A DNA stretch of 64,000 bases from the human T2T-CHM13v2.0 reference genome, Homo sapiens: the NCBI RefSeq assembly GCF_009914755.1, contig NC_060938.1; one strand, written 5' to 3'. Positions 59,456-64,000 of this stretch are shown here, one piece after another. The notes below the pieces were generated by a model. It did not search any database, was not told the origin of the DNA, and saw only the letters and a list, made by a program, of their open reading frames with translations. The first letter of the stretch is position 1. Each line of letters opens with the position of its first letter. Position numbers and translations under genes: made by a program.

Positions 59456-62400
59456 TAATAGTGGATATGAAAGTGCTTTACAAGTTAAAGGGCTAAAAAT
59501 ATGTAAGATATAAATGGCAAGGAGATGAAAAAAAAAAGAGTAGCCTAAAATCACAACAAATCAAAGGCTGGAAACCAACGGTTGAATTTCCCCCATTAAA
59601 AGTATATCTTTATTTCAGATAAAGGAGAACATATGGCATGCCAGGCCCCAAAGTGGGCTTAATCAGGCGTGCATGGAGTTATTTAAAAAAAAAAAAAAAA
59701 GCAAAGTTATAACTTTAGAGGGCCTCTCTGGCCTAGAGAGTACTTACTAGTGCATTCCATACCTCGGCTATACCCATATAGTATCAACCCAGAGAGGTTG
59801 AGTGGTGATGTAATGTCTGAGGGAGGCCATTTATCCAAGGCCATTTTGTTGGATTCATAGGGTGCAAGTCAGCTCTTTCCTCCAGGGGATGGGACAGGAT
59901 GATTTTATGATCACGATTTTTGGGGCCTTGCCATCTATCAAGTTCAAAAGACCAGTATAAGAGATCTCAGTGCTCAGGTACGCCAGTGCTCAGCCTTTTC
60001 AAGAAAATCTTATACTTTCTCCTTTTGTGTACATCCTACTTTCAGCAAGATGTAGGGACTATTAGACCAGGCATCATATGAGACTAAAGCAAGAAATACT
60101 TTAAATGATCAGACTATCCAGTTCGAGGCAAACATGCTTGCTAGACTGAAAGACTTGCTTACCAGAAGCCTGAGCCATTCTATTGGACTCACAATCTAGG
60201 ACAAGAGCCATTTAAGGAATTGTGAAAGAGAAGGAACAAGAGCCAAGTGCTGTCTTATATGTGCATGCCAGAAAAGCCAGCAGGTAGAATACTGGCATTC
60301 TTTTTTAACCCTATTAAGAGACTCGCTCACTGAGTATGTAGAGAAGTGTATGAAGCTTAGAAGACAGAATGTACCCAGTCAGGCTTCAGGGAGAAAACAA
60401 AACAAAAATCCAAGTAGGAAGTGAAAGCAAGAAGAACCTTTGGGCTCAGGTAGCCTCCAAGGAAAGGAATGCTGTTTTACTGCCAGAGTCCGCACTATAT
60501 TGCAAGACTAGAAGGTAGGCTTGCTTTAAACAAAAAAAGTAAAAAAGTGTAAGCCTTTAGTTAAGGCTAATTGCTTCTGTTGATACCCAGCCAACCTGAT
60601 GTCACTTTTGTCACCTGATCTGATGCTAGAAGTTATCAAACTTGAATAATTATAATATACTAGAAAGAAACAAACTATGTATTTGTAGCCAAAAGGGGGG
60701 AAGACAGATTGTATAAAGGGCTTTGAGTGCAAATCTCAAAGAGGGTACCATCTGGCAATGTTATGTGAATGTATCTATCACAGCATCAGGCATACAGTAA
60801 ATGCTCAGTAAATATATGCTCTCTTATTTTAAAAGATGGAGGAAGGAAAAAGACATGAAGTTAGGAAGCCTTCAGCAGGAAGCAGGAAAAAGGAACTTGT
60901 CTCCATGAGTTAGTGACAGACCATGGCACTAAACATGAGAAAAAACATCTTGCTGAATGAAGCACAGAGGTTTCAAACTGGTGGATCCAGAGCAGAATAG
61001 GTATGGTGCACAGATTTGTTTCATCTATACAATAAAGTATGAATTTGTTGTAATATTTTAAAACCAAGAGACCTTACATAAAAATCTTTATTTCTGTCCT
61101 CTCTTGAAAAAAATCGGAGGCCCTGACAACAACGGGCTAAAGCTGTACAGAAGCTGGCCCATTTAGATGGGATGTGGGCTCTCCACAATCCCCACCACTC
61201 CTTAATGTTTACTCCTAGCCCAATCCACTTATTTTTGCTGCCTGTCTTGCTCCTGTCCGCAACAAGTTGTGATCATTTGTACAGTGAAAAGGGGTCTCTA
61301 TTGAGAGCCCAAAAATCTGGGTTCTAGCCCTGGTTTGCCTACAAACTTGTATGTGTTGTGACTTGTGACCTCTCTGAGACTCAGTTTACTCATCTGTGAA
61401 AGAAAAGGTTTGTATAAAATGATCTCTAATAGCTCTATAATTAGAATTCATCTACAGTGGTGGCAATGAGCATGAGGGAGACACAAAGGAGGTTCAGATA
61501 TTTCACACTTTATTCCCCAAGTCTAATTTCTTGAAATGTTAATTTTATTTTGAGGCTAATGAATTACCTAGTGAACCTAGGATAGTTTAAAAAGAAGTAC
61601 ACGTACTCTGAAGAATATCTGGGTCCATCTGTATGGACTGAATAATCTCATAATTAAAAGCCAGATGACTGTCTCAGATAAATAGGATCTCTTACTGCTT
61701 TTCTCATCCATGTTCATTCCTATTACGGAAATTCTCAGATTCCTGTCTGGGATGGTTACCCAGCCTATGACTAAATGAAAAGTTCCAGAACACAGAGCCT
61801 CAGGCTGTGGGTGTTCTCAGAGCACACAGGAATGAGGTCAAATATAAAGCCCAATATAAGGAAAAGGCAGGCTATGGAAACTGAAAGCAGAAAAAAAGAT
61901 TCTGTCTAGACTCATCAAAGAATATACATGTCAGTCCTGCAGGTCACACTGTAACTGTGACAACTGCTGCCTTGAGTGTGGAAAGTCAGAGCCTATAAAT
62001 CACCTTTGAGACATGTTCTAGGACTGGGACAGTAAGTCTGACTTCTTGTGCAACACTTAAAAAAAACTATAAGTTCAGTAGATTAGTTCCACTATAAATC
62101 CATTATTTAATTCATCCTCCTAATTGGATGAATTATTTAATTCATCCATCCTTCCAGGCCTCTGGAAGTTGAACAGGAAAAATCATACTTATCAATCCTG
62201 ATTTACAGTTACAGAAGACTTAGGCCCACAAAGCTAAATACCACACATTGACCAACGTACTCAAGATTTACTTCAACAAATTTTTACTGTGTTCTCACTG
62301 TGTGCCAGGATTTGGAGACAAGACAATGATGAATTAGCTACATTTCTTAGTCCCTAAGGAGTCAACAAAAAAGCCAAATATAAATCTCTGTATTTTATAT

Positions 62401-62784
62401 ACCTCTAACTATTTCAGGAATATGAACAGACTTTTAAGACTTTAACTCTGTTAACTGACCCAAAGTTAGATTCAATGACTTTGCATCTTCTTTCAAGGAA
62501 AACCACTTACCCCAGCCAAAAAGAAGTCTTGTCTGTCAGAGAGAATAAAATACCCATAAAACTCTTCCCATAGGACAAGTCACAAATAATAAATTAGTCA
62601 AATCTAAATAGAGAAAAATCAAAAGCCATTCAATACTTTTATAATTATATATAAACTGAAAGACAGAAACAATGATATCTTTGATGTATATACCTAGGAC
62701 TATCACAAAATACCTTCTGTGGCTCTGCCTATGACAATACCTGCCCCAATGCATCTGAGCAAAATGGGTAATTATAATCCGGAT

Positions 62785-62996
62785 CACAGGTTCTCAACCA
62801 GGGGCAATTTTCCCCCCAGGGGACAATGTCTGGAGACATTTTTGGTTGCCTGGAGGATAACTTAGGATGATATTACCGGCTTCTAGTAGGAAGAGGCTAG
62901 GGATACTGCTAACCATCTTATAATGCATAGGACAGCTCCACACAACAAAGAACTATCTAGCCAAAATGTTAACAATGATAAGGATGGGAAACCATG
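62785..62996 (+). mobile_element. MER20 (hAT-Charlie)
   Basis: ggttctcaaccaggggcaatttt...caatgtctggagacatttttggttg...cacaacaaagaactatctagcc. Confidence 0.85.
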
Positions 62997-63448
62997 GTCT
63001 AGGTGCTTACATGTTGGCTAGAGGTCTTTGTTCTGGGTCTTCTAAGGTCCATGAAGATAGGCTTTGTTGCTAAACACAACCTGAAGAAAATCACCTTTCC
63101 CTCAGCCTCTGGTTTCTGGAAATAAAGCCTAGTAAACTATTAATATCACCTTCACTGCATGCTCTATTATTCAACAAAACAAGAATTACATGCATAAGAA
63201 GTTGACAAAGGATAGGAAATCAACAAAAGCAAAGAAAGAAGGAAAAAAGGAAGAGAGGGAGAGACTTGATTGTCATTTCCACAGCCAGACAAAGCTAAAT
63301 CAACCATTCTGTATATCTGTTCTATTGAGAGTCTGATCGCCTATAGAAACTGTTTCTTCCCACCCAAGAAACAAATTCCCTGCAGTGCCATACAGGTATA
63401 TACAAATTAAGTCATTCAGGTACTGTGGGCACCCCAAGGAGACATCAC

Positions 63449-63467
63449 TGAGGCCACCTAGTGGTCT
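63449..63467 (-). promoter_or_regulatory. Candidate CTCF site
   Basis: Minus strand AGACCACTAGGTGGCCTCA matches the CCACYAGRKGGC core exactly. Motif only. Confidence 0.4.
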
Positions 63468-64000
63468 CCAGTATGGATCTCAGCTAAGTAGGCCCTAAGA
63501 CTCCAACATGAGTATAAATTCTGAATTTGGATATATAGTCTCTATTTATAAGAGAGGAAATCTCTAGTTCAGAAAACTTAAAAGAACATTCTCATCTATC
63601 TACACGCAAGACAATTCAACAGGCATTTATTCGGCTCCTATTACATCTACTAATCCTTAAACTATGACATTAGGAAGCCTCTAGCAACCCCCATCTAAGG
63701 AGAAAAATCCTAGCTTTTACTTCAAAAAGCGAGGTCTTGCCAGTTTCTCAAAGAAATTTTTCTTTTATGCCTCTTTTATATTTCTTTTATGCCAAAAATA
63801 ACTCTAAAGAGGTGGGGTACAGCATATAAGAATTTTAAGTCAAAATTTGACATAGTTGACCCAAAGATAAGAACACTAAACATTAGCGAGAGACTAAGGT
63901 TTTTCTTTTTCCCAATCTATATGTGAAATAGCAATAAGATTTGTTGTGCTTGAGAATAAAAAATTCTATTTGTTTATTTGATCAGTCTTTCCTTAGATTT

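Noticed and set aside
60965-61260. Possible ancient hAT-type DNA transposon fragment (similar piece near 44830-45000)
   Set aside because: Too degenerate to name or delimit by eye.

Overview
This is primate, most likely human, genomic DNA. I recognise it as the 3' part of DCAF5 (WDR22, a CRL4-DDB1 substrate receptor; human 14q24.1) on the minus strand. Three coding exons can be placed exactly: 48416-48482, 35467-35594 and the large terminal coding exon 26932-28686. A 3' UTR of about 2.9 kb ends near an AATAAA at 24015-24020. A full-length, disabled DDX18 processed pseudogene (56407-58782, + strand, clear target-site duplication [TSD]) lies antisense in the upstream intron. Positions 1-24000 are intergenic: a dense L1/Alu/THE1 patchwork up to about 10 kb, then more unique, enhancer-like DNA. 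Almost all other ORFs in the track come from Alu, L1 or chance. I see no new gene system. The observations most worth checking are: (1) a ~228-bp locally templated copy of neighbouring unique DNA inside an Alu; (2) a non-canonical GC splice donor on a 67-nt frame-shifting DCAF5 exon held in the loop of an inverted Alu pair; (3) three tiny A-tailed inserts of unknown origin flanked by TSD-like repeats; (4) a direct-inverted-direct micro template-switch scar; (5) repeated Alu re-use of existing insertion sites. Repeat boundaries and subfamilies were assigned by eye and are approximate.
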